From NCBI RefSeq assembly GCF_000150275.1, contig NW_002060945.1, forward strand, positions 3,681,172 to 3,745,171: 64,000 bases of DNA. Reading direction: 5' to 3'. The notes beneath the pieces were generated by a model. That model searched no databases, was not told the DNA's origin, and saw only the letters and a list, made by a program, of their open reading frames with translations. The DNA comes from Trichoplax adhaerens. Its lineage: Eukaryota > Animalia > Placozoa. Positions 12,351 through 25,500 of the stretch are shown here, piece by piece (the stretch's first letter is position 1; the number at the start of each line of letters is the position of its first letter). A program made the translations under genes and the position numbers.

Positions 12351-15300
12351 CCTTGGTCAATTTAATAGTGTCACTCTAGTCCGGTTTGTACGGTGGCCCA
12401 TAACGGCCACTGATTCTGAGCAAGCGTAGGTTTGCTGTGTGGGTACGATTTTGTATCTACGGTTCCACAAACTTGCAGTTATATTGCGTTACAAGTGTGA
12501 ACAGCGCACCTATATAAGCCGCCGCTTTTCAATACAATAAAGAATGAGTAAGAGTTAGTAGTTAGTTTTACAATAACTTCAAACTAACGTGTTCCATTTC
12601 TTGTCTCCATGCTAATTGAGAGTAGTACCAGCCTTCAATACAGTTGTTAGTTGTTGGTATGAACTGTAAATAGCAATACTGTACACAACAGTAACACAGT
12701 AGTGTACTAGCTAGAATTGTTGCATTTTACTTTGTTGTACTGTACTGTGTCGGTATGAGTCATCAAGAAACATCACTGTTGTCAAAATGCTTTCAAACAT
12801 ACTTACAGTTACTTGTATACTCTATTGGGTCGAATAATAAGAAGAAGAATAAATCAATTCTGCAAGTCCTATCCATACATGTTAAAACGTAGTATTTTCC
12901 ATCAATTGAAAATGGCACTATGGAATGAATACAGTACATCATCCAAGAGTAGGGTAAAAGAAAAAACTTTTCTTGAAAATATTAATAGTACAGTCCAGTC
13001 CAGTATAAGCCAGTATAGGCCGTCATACTTACCGTGAAACCACCGGTGGGTGAGTCATCCATTGGTATGGAGGACTTGCTCCTAGGCTGAAACTGCACGT
13101 GGTACCATATTAAGCATGCTCACACTGGATTTCTTAATCCTGAATGCGATAGCGCATAGCAAGCCAGCGTCGTCCGATTGTAGCGTTCCATGACAGTCAC
13201 TGTCGGTAGTAAGACTGTATTGAGATGAGTAATGTGTAAAAATAGTGGTATGACTTGACAAGTTGATTGAAGTACTACCGCTTCAACCAATCATCATGAA
13301 GCGTTAACAGTCACTTCACTTCCTTCAATGTCAGTGGTAGAGTACTTCACCTCGCCCATGCATTCAATAGCGGTGAGTGACGTTGACGCCTACCTTCAAG
13401 CCTATACTAAAGCCTCTATTTTTCACGAGACTTCAGACGTAACGATCGAACGTACAACACCAGTGACGCTCAACACGGGTGGTAAAATTGACAACCACTT
13501 CCAACACTGTAGTTGGTATAGAAACCCATTTGCAGCCATGTTTGCTATGTTGAGGAAGATTTAAAGAGGTGGAAAATCTTGTAGAATCCGATACCAATAA
13601 CCAAGAAAAAGGCAAATTGTCGAATGTAATACTTGCTTATAGCGTAAGTGATGGGATAATTGAATTCAAATTGGTGAATAACGTATTCTGTTGATATTTT
13701 GTGGTAGTAGTAGGCTTGAATGTAGGTTCAATGTAGGGAAAGAAGCATGACAATAATAATGATTATTACGCTAACGAATGAGTAGCCTGTATCCAAGCAG
13801 TTAAATAAATAAATCAAATGGACTTAGCCTACAGCAGATTGTTGACTGTAATTATCGATACCTTCAATATTGAGTGTAAAGATATTACTAGCAACCTGGG
13901 ATAGACTAAAGGAATTGATCAGACTTTTCAGAACGTACGAGTAGACGAGTAGTAATTGAAATGAGTTTACGCCTATTATTGATACTAGCATCCGCGACGA
14001 TTCTAAACACTATATCGCTCGTTTTCTTTTTTACCAATCGCACTGCCTCATCTTGATACAAGTGTTGCCTGCAATCACTATAGAGGGATACTGTCAAGAC
14101 TGTTTAGTTTTGAATAAACTTGGACTATACTGTACTGTAATGAACATCATTAACGGAGCAATCTATTATGACTTCAAGTCATTCAAATAAAATGGATATA
14201 AATCATTCTTTAATCCAACAACGATCAAAATTTCTTTCATGTTATTGCAATCGATCCAATCTTGACACCAATAAAGGGATTGCACTAGACTATACAAGTG
14301 GATATTCAAAATCTCTTTTATGTAAGTAATGAACTTTAAATTGTCATTAGGAGGACATCGTAATACATGCATTTCCTTGAACAACATTGCAATAAACAGT
14401 AGAAGTCGCTGTTGATAAACAGCAACACCGTAAATAGACTGAAAATGGACAGCAGTAGTACAGGTTAAAATTTAACCGTTAAATCGACGAATGCTGTAAT
14501 ATCTAGAAAGGGCTGGTGCCATCAACTGCAAAGTACTCATCCGTTCATGCTAAATTGCTGTATTATACGTACTATCTTGAATTTAGCAAAAGATCAATTT
14601 TCTTCCTTAATCGTGTTAATAACTATGTGATACTGTACATCGTTGCATGTTACTTTCCTATTACAACGTGATGATAGATCTAGATAAATCGATCATGATT
14701 GCAGTAACATCGTCATTTAATCCATCAACACTGGCATGCTTTCTATCCTTAATAAGGGCTGTAGTAATTGAACTGGAAAGAGTCCATCTAATTCATGTTA
14801 ATTGGATGTTCTTATCAGACTTAAAATGAGCAAAAATTAAAATCATACGTCTTCACCATTGCCAATAACTCTTCCTTGAGATTAAACTACTCGAAGTAAA
14901 GCTCTTGACTACCCTCATTTTTTCACTATATACGAGTATTACATGCGGTCTTATACTATATACTGTATACTATAATTTACTAATGAAACAGATACAGACA
15001 AAAATTAATAATCAATTTCGATACTCTACGTCATATAGATCACTACTAAACACAAAACAAATCAACATAACTGTCATTCATAAAACAGACAGACTATATA
15101 ATTTTACCCATACGAGAATATTAGATGGCAAGCTACGTTGCAGGAAGTGCTAGCACTGTTTGTTGTTATTTTTGCTATCACTATTGTACAAGTTTACTTC
15201 TGCAATCGACTTCTAAGAAATCCTGAATAAGCTAGATCAGAATAAAATTTGTTTGAGAACACCGCTATAAATCATTTTCAAGAATTTCTTAAACCTAGAG

Positions 15301-15629
15301 CCTGAAATATTCCATCTACTACTGATTAATTTCTAATCAAGTGAATATTTGAAACCAATTAAATTACATTTCTATAACTTAGTGTGTAGTACATCAGTAT
15401 GACTAAAACATGGTGAAGGTAGTCGTGAGAAGAAAATATAAAAACTCTATTTTATCTGTTGTACATATAATTTATGCCTTTATGCTTCTGTGGTAAAACA
15501 TAATTGCGTGCTTAGATACTGTTAATATATACTTACTTATACGTATTGTATACATAACTAACTAATTTTTCTAATGCAGAATTCAGACTTATATACGAAG
15601 CGTTGTCACCGAAAGTAAAGAAAATAATC

Positions 15630-18600
15630 ATGCCGAGCGTACAACAACAGCAAAGTAATTATTCATTCAACGTACTAAGACTATGAAGTAGATAAATTAT
15701 TTCAGCTAGTTAATGCTACACATATAGTTAGATAGTATACTTAGTAACAACAATAGAAATTTAAATTATGCAGTAGTAAGTTAGTTGGAGGATGAGTAAT
15801 ATTGGCTAGCCACTTCATGTCAGAATACTATAATTACTTCATCTTATGGGCTGTAAATTGTATTTCTATGCGTACTACTATCAATAACTGAGTATTAAAC
15901 TATATTTATTTAGGTATTAATAAGCTGTTAACTATATTGGAGAAATTTCAAGCTAAAGCACCTGGAAGAACTGATGATATAAAACATCTAAAACAATTCT
16001 TTTCAAGTCCCGAATTTTTTGGATTAGCTAAGGTTTCATTATGCACATTATATATCACGTTAATTAATTCAACTACATGACTAGTTGATATTATGTTTAG
16101 TCAGTAAAACGAGTAGTAATGTTAGCCATTTTATACGTATCACTAACTTACAGATAAATTTATGTAATGAGTGATTATATTTGAAAAATAGAATTCTGTT
16201 TACTCCTACTCCTAGCTAAAATTTATTCTAATACGTTTTCATTGATTGCCATTCCGTAGATCAAGCAATCGTTATTAAAATATGATGATAAGTGTCTAAG
16301 ACCGGTTAACCAGAATGCAAGCGATATATTTCACAAGGTTAGGGAAATAGATTTTATGCAGTTACAGCCTTAGTTACTCTATTCTACTCCTTCGCTATTA
16401 TGTCAATAACTGTCGTAGGTCTAATTGCACATTACGAAATCTGTTAACTAGGTCAATGATCAACTGACTGCACAATCTAGCCCAATCATAGACGAACTCT
16501 TCAAAATCCTTAATGATCCGCACGTAGAGGTACTTACAATAGTTTTAATAAATTAAATGATTAACTTTCTTGTTGTAACCAACTTTTAATGTACTTAAGC
16601 CATTGCAGAAACCTGTTCAAAAATACCGCCATAAATTAAGTAACTTATGTTTGTGGACTTCTTTATAACGGTTCTCTAATAATTTTATTTTTAGAATATG
16701 CTTTCTGCTCATGATATGATTGCAGCTAAAGAATACTCTCCGGCGAGGGCACCGCCGGTCGTTGTAGATAATACTTCGCCTGGAAGTTCTATGAAGAATA
16801 TTGAAGTCGCGAAAGGAGATGAACCGCTGGTAATTTATGCTCCATAGATGACATGGAAAAATTTTTATATTTGCTGAATGTGATACGTACAGTGCAGCAG
16901 AATGAACAGTTCTTTCATTTCTAAATTTTTAAGGGTGCAACAATTAAAGTCGATGAGAAGAATAGCTCCATCATTGTTGGTAGAGTGATTAGAGGCAGTA
17001 TTGTGGACTCTTCTGGTAAACTGTTAATTTTATGACATAAGCCGTTGAGAATTTTCTTTTAATAATTAATTATTATGCAATGAACAATGAAACTTTCAGG
17101 TTTAGTAAAAGTAGGAGATGAATTACACGAAATTAATGGTCGGTGTGTTGATGGACTGACGCTAGATGAGGTCGCTGACATGGTCGGCAGTCTTCGTGGT
17201 AATGTGAAAATTAAATTATACCCAAGTAGTAACCCGAATCCCGAAAAAGTCGAGGTAAAACCGAATTATATTTTATCAAAAACTATAGTTTTTTTATGTA
17301 AATTCGTTTGAGACATGTATATCATTCACAACTGTCGTATAATCATTGCGTTTTCTTTATTATGGAAATTGTAGATACACTTAAAAGCCAACTTTTCATA
17401 TGACTATAGAGATGATAAAGAAATGCCTTGTTCAGATCTTAGAATGAGCTTTCTTAAAGGCGATATTTTACGCATCTTCAGCAAGGACGATGATTGGTGG
17501 CAGGTAGATTTTAGACGCACGCACTTCTAAATATTAAATTTAAGTAAATTATATACTAGAGTATAATTCTAAGAACTCGTATTTGCTACATCTAACGTAA
17601 ACTTGTCAATTATATTAATAAAATTTGATTTTTATAATATCTACTCTATTTACAAAGCTATAAAATTTTTGCAGGCTAGCAAAATCGGCCGCAATAACAA
17701 TGCCAGCCCAGTAGGATTAATACCCGGAGAAGATTTGCAAAAACGGTATTCGATCTTAATTACATCCCACAAAATACTGTTAATTATTTCTTACTCTCGT
17801 TTATTCAATTTGTATCTAGGCGCAAAGTTAAAGAAATAACAATAGCAGGAAATGGTAAAGCAAATAAAAAGAATAAAAGGAATAAAAAGAAAAAAGATAA
17901 TGTTAGAGTTTTTGAAGCAAATCAAGATCCAGGTATTGCTCTTTATTAATTTTCGGAAATGATAAACAATTATTGGACGTTATCGTTTATGCTTGTAATT
18001 GTCCTATAATGGTTGCTCATAACATAATTCAATCACTAATTTATTAGGCCAAAGCATAGATGATATCATTACTTACGAAGAAGTTAAATTGATAGCTCCA
18101 ATAAGAGATGTATTAAGACCACTGGTTGTAGTAGGTCGGTAATTTTATCAAAAGTAGCTACTGCATCCTATATTTTTTGGCTTCATGTTATGTTAAATTA
18201 TTTTACAATTGATAAATTAATATAGGACCACCTAAAGTTGGACGTAATGAATTGAAACGTGTTCTGATTGCCGTCGATCCTGCGCTTTTCTGTACTGCAA
18301 TTCCACGTAAGGCTAAGCAGAATGATATATTCATATTTGTTAATTCTTAAATTCTGTTCGATCGTTGTATAAATTGTGCCCTTATTTGGCATTAATATTA
18401 ACCTACTAACATTTATAGATACTACAAGACCTAAAGAACCTTCAGAAGTTGACGGAAAAGACTATTATTTTGTGGAAAGGAGGGTTATGGAAACGCAAGT
18501 TAGACGTAATAAATTTGTTGAATATGGTGAATTTAATGGCCATTTATATGGAGTAAGCATAGATTCAATAAAAAAGGAAGCTGCATCTGGAAGAGTTTGC

Positions 18601-19218
18601 ATAGTTGACTTAAGAGGAGAGGTAACCATTGTATTTTTTTGGAAGTTTCAGCCTAAATACGGTACAGCATTTTACATTACTAAATCTGACAACTATAGTG
18701 ATGGATTGATGATAATTGTCCTTATTAAACAATTGTTAGATTTATGATATCAATTTTGTATGTAAACAGAGTTAAGGATATCTTACTGCTTTTTAGTCTT
18801 TAAAAGCTGCAAGGATCCCTGAAATTAAACCATTTGTCGCCTACATCAAGCCGCCCCCGATTGAGAAACTTCGTGATACTCGCGCTACTGATAAATCAAA
18901 AGTCGATGCGAACACTCAAGTATTCACGGTAAAATCTGAATTAGTTATTATGCGAGTATAATGCAGATTACTTTAAGTCAGTACTAATAATGTCCATCAA
19001 CTCACTCAATTGATTACTATACATTTCTGGCTTAATAGGAAGCAGACTTTAGGGAAATGTTAGAAATTGGTCAAGAATATGAAACACTGTATGGCCATAT
19101 GTTCGATGTTGTCATAGTAAACGATAAATTGCAAGATGCCGTTAGCATGCTACAAGAAGCAGTTAACAATATGATAAATAGGCCACAATGGGTTCCAGCT
19201 AGCTGGGTTTCATCTTAA
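15630..19218 (+). CDS. MAGUK p55 subfamily protein (L27-L27-PDZ-SH3-HOOK-GuK), MPP2-7/PALS-like
   Basis: Exons give L27-like helices (ELFKILNDPHVE/NMLSAHDMIA), PDZ (EPL/GATIK...VGRVIRGS...GLVKVGDELHEING), SH3 (LKANFSYD...MPCSDLRMSFLKGDILRIFSKDDDWWQ/ASK...GLIP), a basic HOOK region (KKNKRNKKKK), YEEV, RPLVVVG, TTRPKEPSEVDGKDYYF and FVEYGEFNGHLYG, ending PQWVPASWVSS*. The start ATG (15630) is less certain and the exact paralogue cannot be assigned by eye. Confidence 0.88.
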
Positions 19219-20871
19219 TTGTTAACTTGTTTCTATCTTCTATTTACATCAAATTAGCGTTAACAGAACATTTTCAGCAGTGCTTAAATCTAGGGATATC
19301 ATCATGTGTATGTGTACAAGTTTGTCAGATCGTTGGTAATTAAAAATAGCTGTAGAATTTGTTACCTCTTAAAATACAGCTTTCCAGTATAATGTACATT
19401 GATGTTAAAGTTACCCTTGTTAATTTTTGTAAACTAGCGATATGTACCAACCACTACCGTACTTCTCTAATGTACGGACGATATTTTAAACTATGGGTGT
19501 AAAGTATCCTACTGTAACCGAAAGACTGTCGTATCTCTCTATCATGCGATCCAATGATAGATGCCAATACGACAATAATTAAATTCAAAAATGGCGATCT
19601 AATGTTTAATATTAACAACATTAGTATATCTAGCGAACTATTAACCAAAAAATGGGTATATTAATTATGAGCTATTTTATTACCTCAGTAACAGATTACA
19701 ATATTAGTTAGGATTCGATTTCTAAAATTTAATTTAATCTTTTTGAAAAAAATTCATATTCAATAAAATTTCGATATTTAGGAAATTTATTGTCATTACT
19801 TCGATAGGTACGATAGGTATACCCTATTAGCTGATAAATAATATAACCAAAGACTACGAAGTTTCCAATTTGAAGCTCTGTACTATAGTAGTCATTCAAA
19901 TACATAAAGTAGATAAAAGGACAAATGCAGTACGCAGTTAGTGTTTATTAAATAGATTTTGTAAAATACATGTAAAGTTAGCTGACAACTGTCACCAAAT
20001 TTTGCAAAATAGCGGGATTCTGAGATGGTAGCTTACTGCGGGGTAATCCATTAAGCTAGTCTAAAGGAAAAATTCGTTTTATAACAAAGCCCCTTTAACA
20101 CTAGTTGACGCGCACTTTCAATAGCTATGTTATTCGGTATCGTGCATTATAGATAAAATGGCTTTGTGATTTCTTCATTCCTAAAATTCTCTGTAGAAAG
20201 ATCCACAAATTAAAATAAAATAAACTACTTTATTATTTGGCATAAGGCATTGCTTGATAGCGATTTAAATTTCTCTCATTCAAGTTTCATCTTGCAGTTC
20301 ATAAAACGAAAAGATATTACTTACTATTTCTATATACTCGTACAGTACCATAACAGCTATAAATAAATTTCCATTTATAATTTCAGGAACTTAATGAACT
20401 CTTTAATTATTATATTAAACCGTACCTTCAAGAAAGGATTACAACTTCGAATCAAGTGAATAATATAAATTTTTCAACACTGATAACACATTAATGAGGA
20501 ATGTGTAGAAGATTGACTATTGGTCGAAGAGCTGAGGAACAAGGTTCGAGGCGATATAAACAAGACGCGGATCATGTTAAAGGGCTCCTATACTGTAGCT
20601 GTTACGATATACTATTTTGTATAGGGAAAATTGTGAGTCGATTGTAGTTAATATAGGGAAGTAGTATTACAACCTTATATCAAGAGATATAACCGCAGAT
20701 AGAAAGTATAAATCTATAATACATCCTACCAGCATTAGAATTAAGGGAAATTAGCGTCATATCGTTTCATGCCATGTAACACATGAATTACAGAACACGT
20801 ACAGTACACATAGTTGACAAAGTTTCACTTCAATCTATGTATAATTTGCCAATGTTAAACTATTTTAATAA

Positions 20872-23422
20872 CTAAGCACGCTGAATAGAGATTTCTTTTC
20901 GAAAATTCGTTAAGTCAGTTCTTGACGGATAAACTACTTTAAGGCTACCTTCTTGATTTCCGACTCGAACTTGTTCCAATAAAATCGATTTTGGTTCGGA
21001 TTCCAGAACCTTGTCCGAGTTTATAACTAATTCTGCGATATTTTCAATCAACGTATTCATAACTTTCTTACAAGCTGCTAGGCTCTTTGAGGAGGTAACT
21101 TCTAATAATATTTCTTTAGAGGCAGGAGAAATCTGAAAGAGATTTCAAAAGAAGTTTGCCAAATGAAGTAGTTGTATAAATTATTATATGAGAGACAATA
21201 ACATGTATCAGGTAGTTAATTTGCGTAACTTATAAACAGACTTGATATTATTATTACATACATCAATACACGGCATAATCAATAATAAATAAACTTTCTA
21301 ACATACAAATTCTTGAATTACATTATTTATGACAGGTTTACTTAATCAAACTTTTTAACAACTTAACAGCTTCTATGCAATTATATACTTCTTTACGATT
21401 ACATTTATTGAAAGTTGGCCGGTATCGAAATTAGTTCTACAACTCGAGAGAGTAAATAGGTAAACTTAAAATAATGTATATAGGGACTTTTATACGTCTC
21501 ACCTTGGTTTTTTCTGAATTGACTAGAGGTGGTAATGATATAACGTTACTTTTACAATCTATCAGGCAAGCAAGTATTTTACTCTCTTTTACCAGTGTTA
21601 GGTACCTATCAACAAGAGCAATTTATGTGAAAATATAGCTACAACAATAACATTACATTAAATGCATCTTTAAAGAAATTACAGTTTACAATGTATTAGA
21701 CTCGCTCATTTTTTATGCTTTAAATTTGATACAGTCTTATAGTCTATTATACTAAAATACTATAATCTGATGAATTATCTATATATATATATACATATAA
21801 CATATACATAAATGCAAATCGCATTTGTTAACTGTGGACAAACTTAATAATACGAGTATTATTAACAAGATTACAAATAGCAATCAGAATGATCAAGCTG
21901 TAGATATTTACTTTTGCAACCCAGAATTTTTATTCTTTCTCTTTGCTTGCCCTGTGACGTTACTATCCTTTACTAGCTGATCTATAAATTGTTTGGCTGT
22001 AACCGCACATTCTTTATCCAATGGTATGATGGAAATTTTTTCCGGTGCTTCAGCTTGGTATGATAAAGGAAATTCAACCTTGCTATAGTCATGAGTAGCT
22101 ATAGTGGCCAGCATTCTCTTGTCACAGATAGTATCGTGTAGTTTGGTCTAAATTAGAAATTAGAAATTGACTATTTTAAGAATGGATAAAATTCTTGAGT
22201 TCTTCTCCTCAATTGTGCAATCTACACAATCATGGCGTAAAGTCGAGTAAATATCAGCAATTAATATAGCATTATCTAAGATTAATAATACCTGCAAGGC
22301 AATAAATTTCTTAAATACGTCCTCACGACTAAAATCCACTCCTTTCAATATACAGCAAACTATATATGGTCGAACGTCTAATACATTACCAGCGGAATAT
22401 ATTTTTATATCTGGTGTTGGTAGTATACGTACTTCCAACGCAATCAACTGATCTTCCGAATTTGCAGAAGTATCATTGTCAGCTTGGTCCGGCGATTTAC
22501 CAGCTGTTAGAAATACAATCAGTTTTTGTTTTGAGATTTTTGTAGTATAACAATATTCCATTTATCCCTACATGCATGAGTGTAAGTATGTTTAAATTTA
22601 AACTAATAGCTAGCGAAAAAGTGCGATATCTTCTAACTTATCATACAATTTACCTCCCTTTTTACTGATTTGGCTATCAGCAGTTGCTTTCTTATTACAG
22701 TTACGAAGGTATTCAATCAGTAGCTTGCTATTGTTTTGCTTGGTTAATTTAATACACTTCCTATCCTTGATAGGATTATCCATTAAAGTTAACTCTTTCA
22801 ATTTGCTACATAGCGCAATTTGATGAGGAACTAACTCTATTTTATTACCCGTAAAATCTAAGGTCTTTAATTGATTTAAGGACGCAATAGCATCGGTTAC
22901 ACCATGAATCGTATTATTAGCAGCTCTAAATTCACAAAGATTACTTGCATGATAGAATTGATTGGGCAACTGACTCAACTTATTATTGCTGACATTGATT
23001 CTAGTTAAAGCTGCTAATTGACCCATGGATGCTGGTAGATCCATTAATTGATTACAAACTAAATTAAGATCAGTAAGCTGCTCCAGTTGGCCAATTTCAT
23101 GGGGTAATTTTTCCAAATTATTGTAGGATAAATCCAATAATTTCAACTTGGTAAATTGACCAATACTGCTTGGAATGGACGTCAACTTGTTATGATCCAA
23201 GATTAAATTTTTTAAATTGATCAAGTTGCCAATATCCTCAGGTAACTGTGACAAGCAAGTATGGCTAATTCTAAGGAAATTGAGATTGGTTAATTTGCAG
23301 ATATTCGCATGTAGACCGCCGTGTTTTTCGATTCTTGCATTGATATTGCTACCATGGAGTACAAGTTCATAGCGACGTTCTTGAACAACAGTATCGATTT
23401 CCGGCCAATTTTGATCGTCCAT
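20872..23422 (-). CDS. LRRC47: Leucine-rich repeat-containing protein 47 (LRR plus PheRS-beta B3/4-like domain)
   Basis: The large first exon starts WPEI...RRYELVLHG and carries SDS22-type LRRs. Downstream exons give VRPYIVCCILKG...FKKFIALQ, LHDTICDKRMLATIATHD, VISLPPLVNSEKTK and ILLEVTSS, ending EGSLKVVYPSRTDL...*, the characteristic LRRC47 C-terminus. Confidence 0.92.
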
Positions 23423-24572
23423 TTTAGGTCTCTAGGCTGCAGCACAGTTCTATATGGCCAAGAAGAAACATTGCTACAACGGTATTAACGGCCACTCACT
23501 GAATCCTATCGTAGTTCTTAGTGGTTTCGTATAGGACAATCAGGCTCATTCCAACTATCGCCTGTTCTTATACTGTACTATATGCTAGTATGTAGCCCTT
23601 GATACCGTAAGCTCAGTATACAGTACATACACAGTAGGTTATTTTCATGATACCTTTAGTTTTGTGCTTGATTGAAATTATTCAACAGTACTATATACAG
23701 AAGAATACATGCAAATTACAACGTAAAAAGTCCAAGAATAGTAGCTGTTCAACACAACATTGTCAATATTTTATTCTATTTCCTTCACTCCGTTCACATG
23801 AACGGGTATTTTTTATTAGTAAATAGTAATAAGACGATCGCATTAGCAGTAAGTTCTATAACTTAGAACCGTTCCATTGCAAGCCTTCCTTTATTATAGG
23901 ACAGTGCATATATATACATATGTGCACCGATATTGTGCAACGAATAGTGGCGTACTGAATGGTAGTTCCGCTTACTCACCTAGCTTTAGTTGCAAAGCCT
24001 TTCTTAAATACTAATTACAATTGTCGAAACATCTAATCTATATGATGATATGGCTTCGAGTTGATCATGACGTCAATTTTTAATTATATACGAGTATAAT
24101 GTTCAAAATTGTATATCATTTTGTTTGCATTTTCCATCACGTCAATTGAATTGTCCATCTTTAAACTACCCATCGACACAAAATCCACATTTAGATCATG
24201 ACGTCATGAAAACTATTCCTACGGCTTAAGCTGCAATTGCCAGCAAATCGATCCATTGATCATATTGTACTAAGTGATCGTGCAGTATTAGAAGGGGAAA
24301 TCAATGATTTGAGTCCCTATCTGGTTTCTTATTGAATGCCATCATTCTGCAATGAATTTCTCAAGTTCAATTCAAGCGATTTGAACACCTTCTAAAAGAA
24401 AAGGATTAGATGGTACAGCACTGACTCTGCGGTCTTTATTATTCCATAGTACTGTATACGCGTATATACAGGGTGTACTGCATAAGACCGGTGTTACGAC
24501 GTGACTTGTAAAATGGTTGGAGCAACCATATATGTTAGTTACGATGTAACAGCAACTGATAGTTTGTATTAA

Positions 24573-25028
24573 AAACCTGACAGAAATAGAATTATTTAAT
24601 ACTGCGATAAAAAGTAATTAAAATATCAAGAGCCAATTGCTCAAGGTTGTATTGATCTGTTTGTATAGAATTGGAAGCAAATTGAAAGTAAGACTGCAAT
24701 AAAAAGTAATCAAAATATCAAGAGCCAATTAAACCTGACAGAAATAGAATTATTTAATACTGTGATAAAAAGTAATCAAAATATCAAGAGCCAATTGCTC
24801 AAGGTTGCATTGATCTGTCTGTATAGAATTGGAAGCAAATTGAAAGTAATACTGCAATAAAAAGTAATCAAAATATCAAGAGCCAATTGCTCCAGGCAGT
24901 ACTAATCTGTCGGTACAGAATTGGAGGCAAATTGAAAGTAATACTGCTATAAAAAGTAATCAAAATATCAAGAGCCAATTACTCAAGGTTGTACTGATCT
25001 ATCTGCGTGGAATTGGAGCCAAATTGAA
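24573..25028. repeat. Tandem array of a 92-bp unit with a 158-bp higher-order duplication
   Basis: The core aatatcaagagccaatt recurs with its agagcc at 24629, 24721, 24787, 24879 and 24971 (spacings 92, 66, 92, 92). aaacctgacagaaatagaattatttaatactg recurs at 24573 and 24731. Confidence 0.92.
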
Positions 25029-25147
25029 GCATATTTCTTCATAATTTAAAGTAGTTTAATGGCAACACTATAGCTGAACAATTAAGTGAGCATCTTTCAA
25101 CCATTTTAGGGGGCTCGCCACGTCCCTGTAATAATAGTGGTCTTACG

Positions 25148-25330
25148 GTACGCTACAGTACAGTGTACAGTATACTAAATGTCGTTGACTATGAGTACAG
25201 TACAGTACTCTCTAAAACGGATTTGTACTGTACAGTACTGTCGTGTACGGTGCCTACTGTACAGTGTACAGTGTACAGTAGCGTACACTGTACACTGTAT
25301 CGATAGCGAGAGGAGTACTGTACTAGTAGC
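25148..25330. promoter_or_regulatory. Large ACAGT/TACAGTA cluster upstream of NSF
   Basis: ctacagtacagtgtacagtatact...gtacagtacagtact...tactgtacagtgtacagtgtacagta, about 170-350 bp upstream of the NSF ATG. It produces the two spurious overlapping ORFs at 25175-25445. Confidence 0.55.
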
Positions 25331-25500
25331 ACTTAGCACTGACGTCATACTAGTAACGAGTACGAGTTCACGACATTTGTATAACAGTACCGTTGTTCCA
25401 CGGAAAGTCACAGCTAGTCCAAGACTTTCACTTACCAGTCATTGACTAGGAAAAGCACAAAACATTTTTTTCAACAGCCTCTTTCCAATCCAAGATCAAG

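Noticed and set aside
24573-25028. CRISPR-like appearance of the repeat array
   Set aside because: The sequences between the conserved cores are themselves repeated rather than unique spacers, the context is eukaryotic and there are no cas genes.
25175-25445. Overlapping ORFs on both strands rich in T/V/Q/Y/C (also 45347-45632 and 3117-3428)
   Set aside because: They are translations of stop-poor ACAGT repeats, or lie antisense to an ACAD11 exon. No protein family features.
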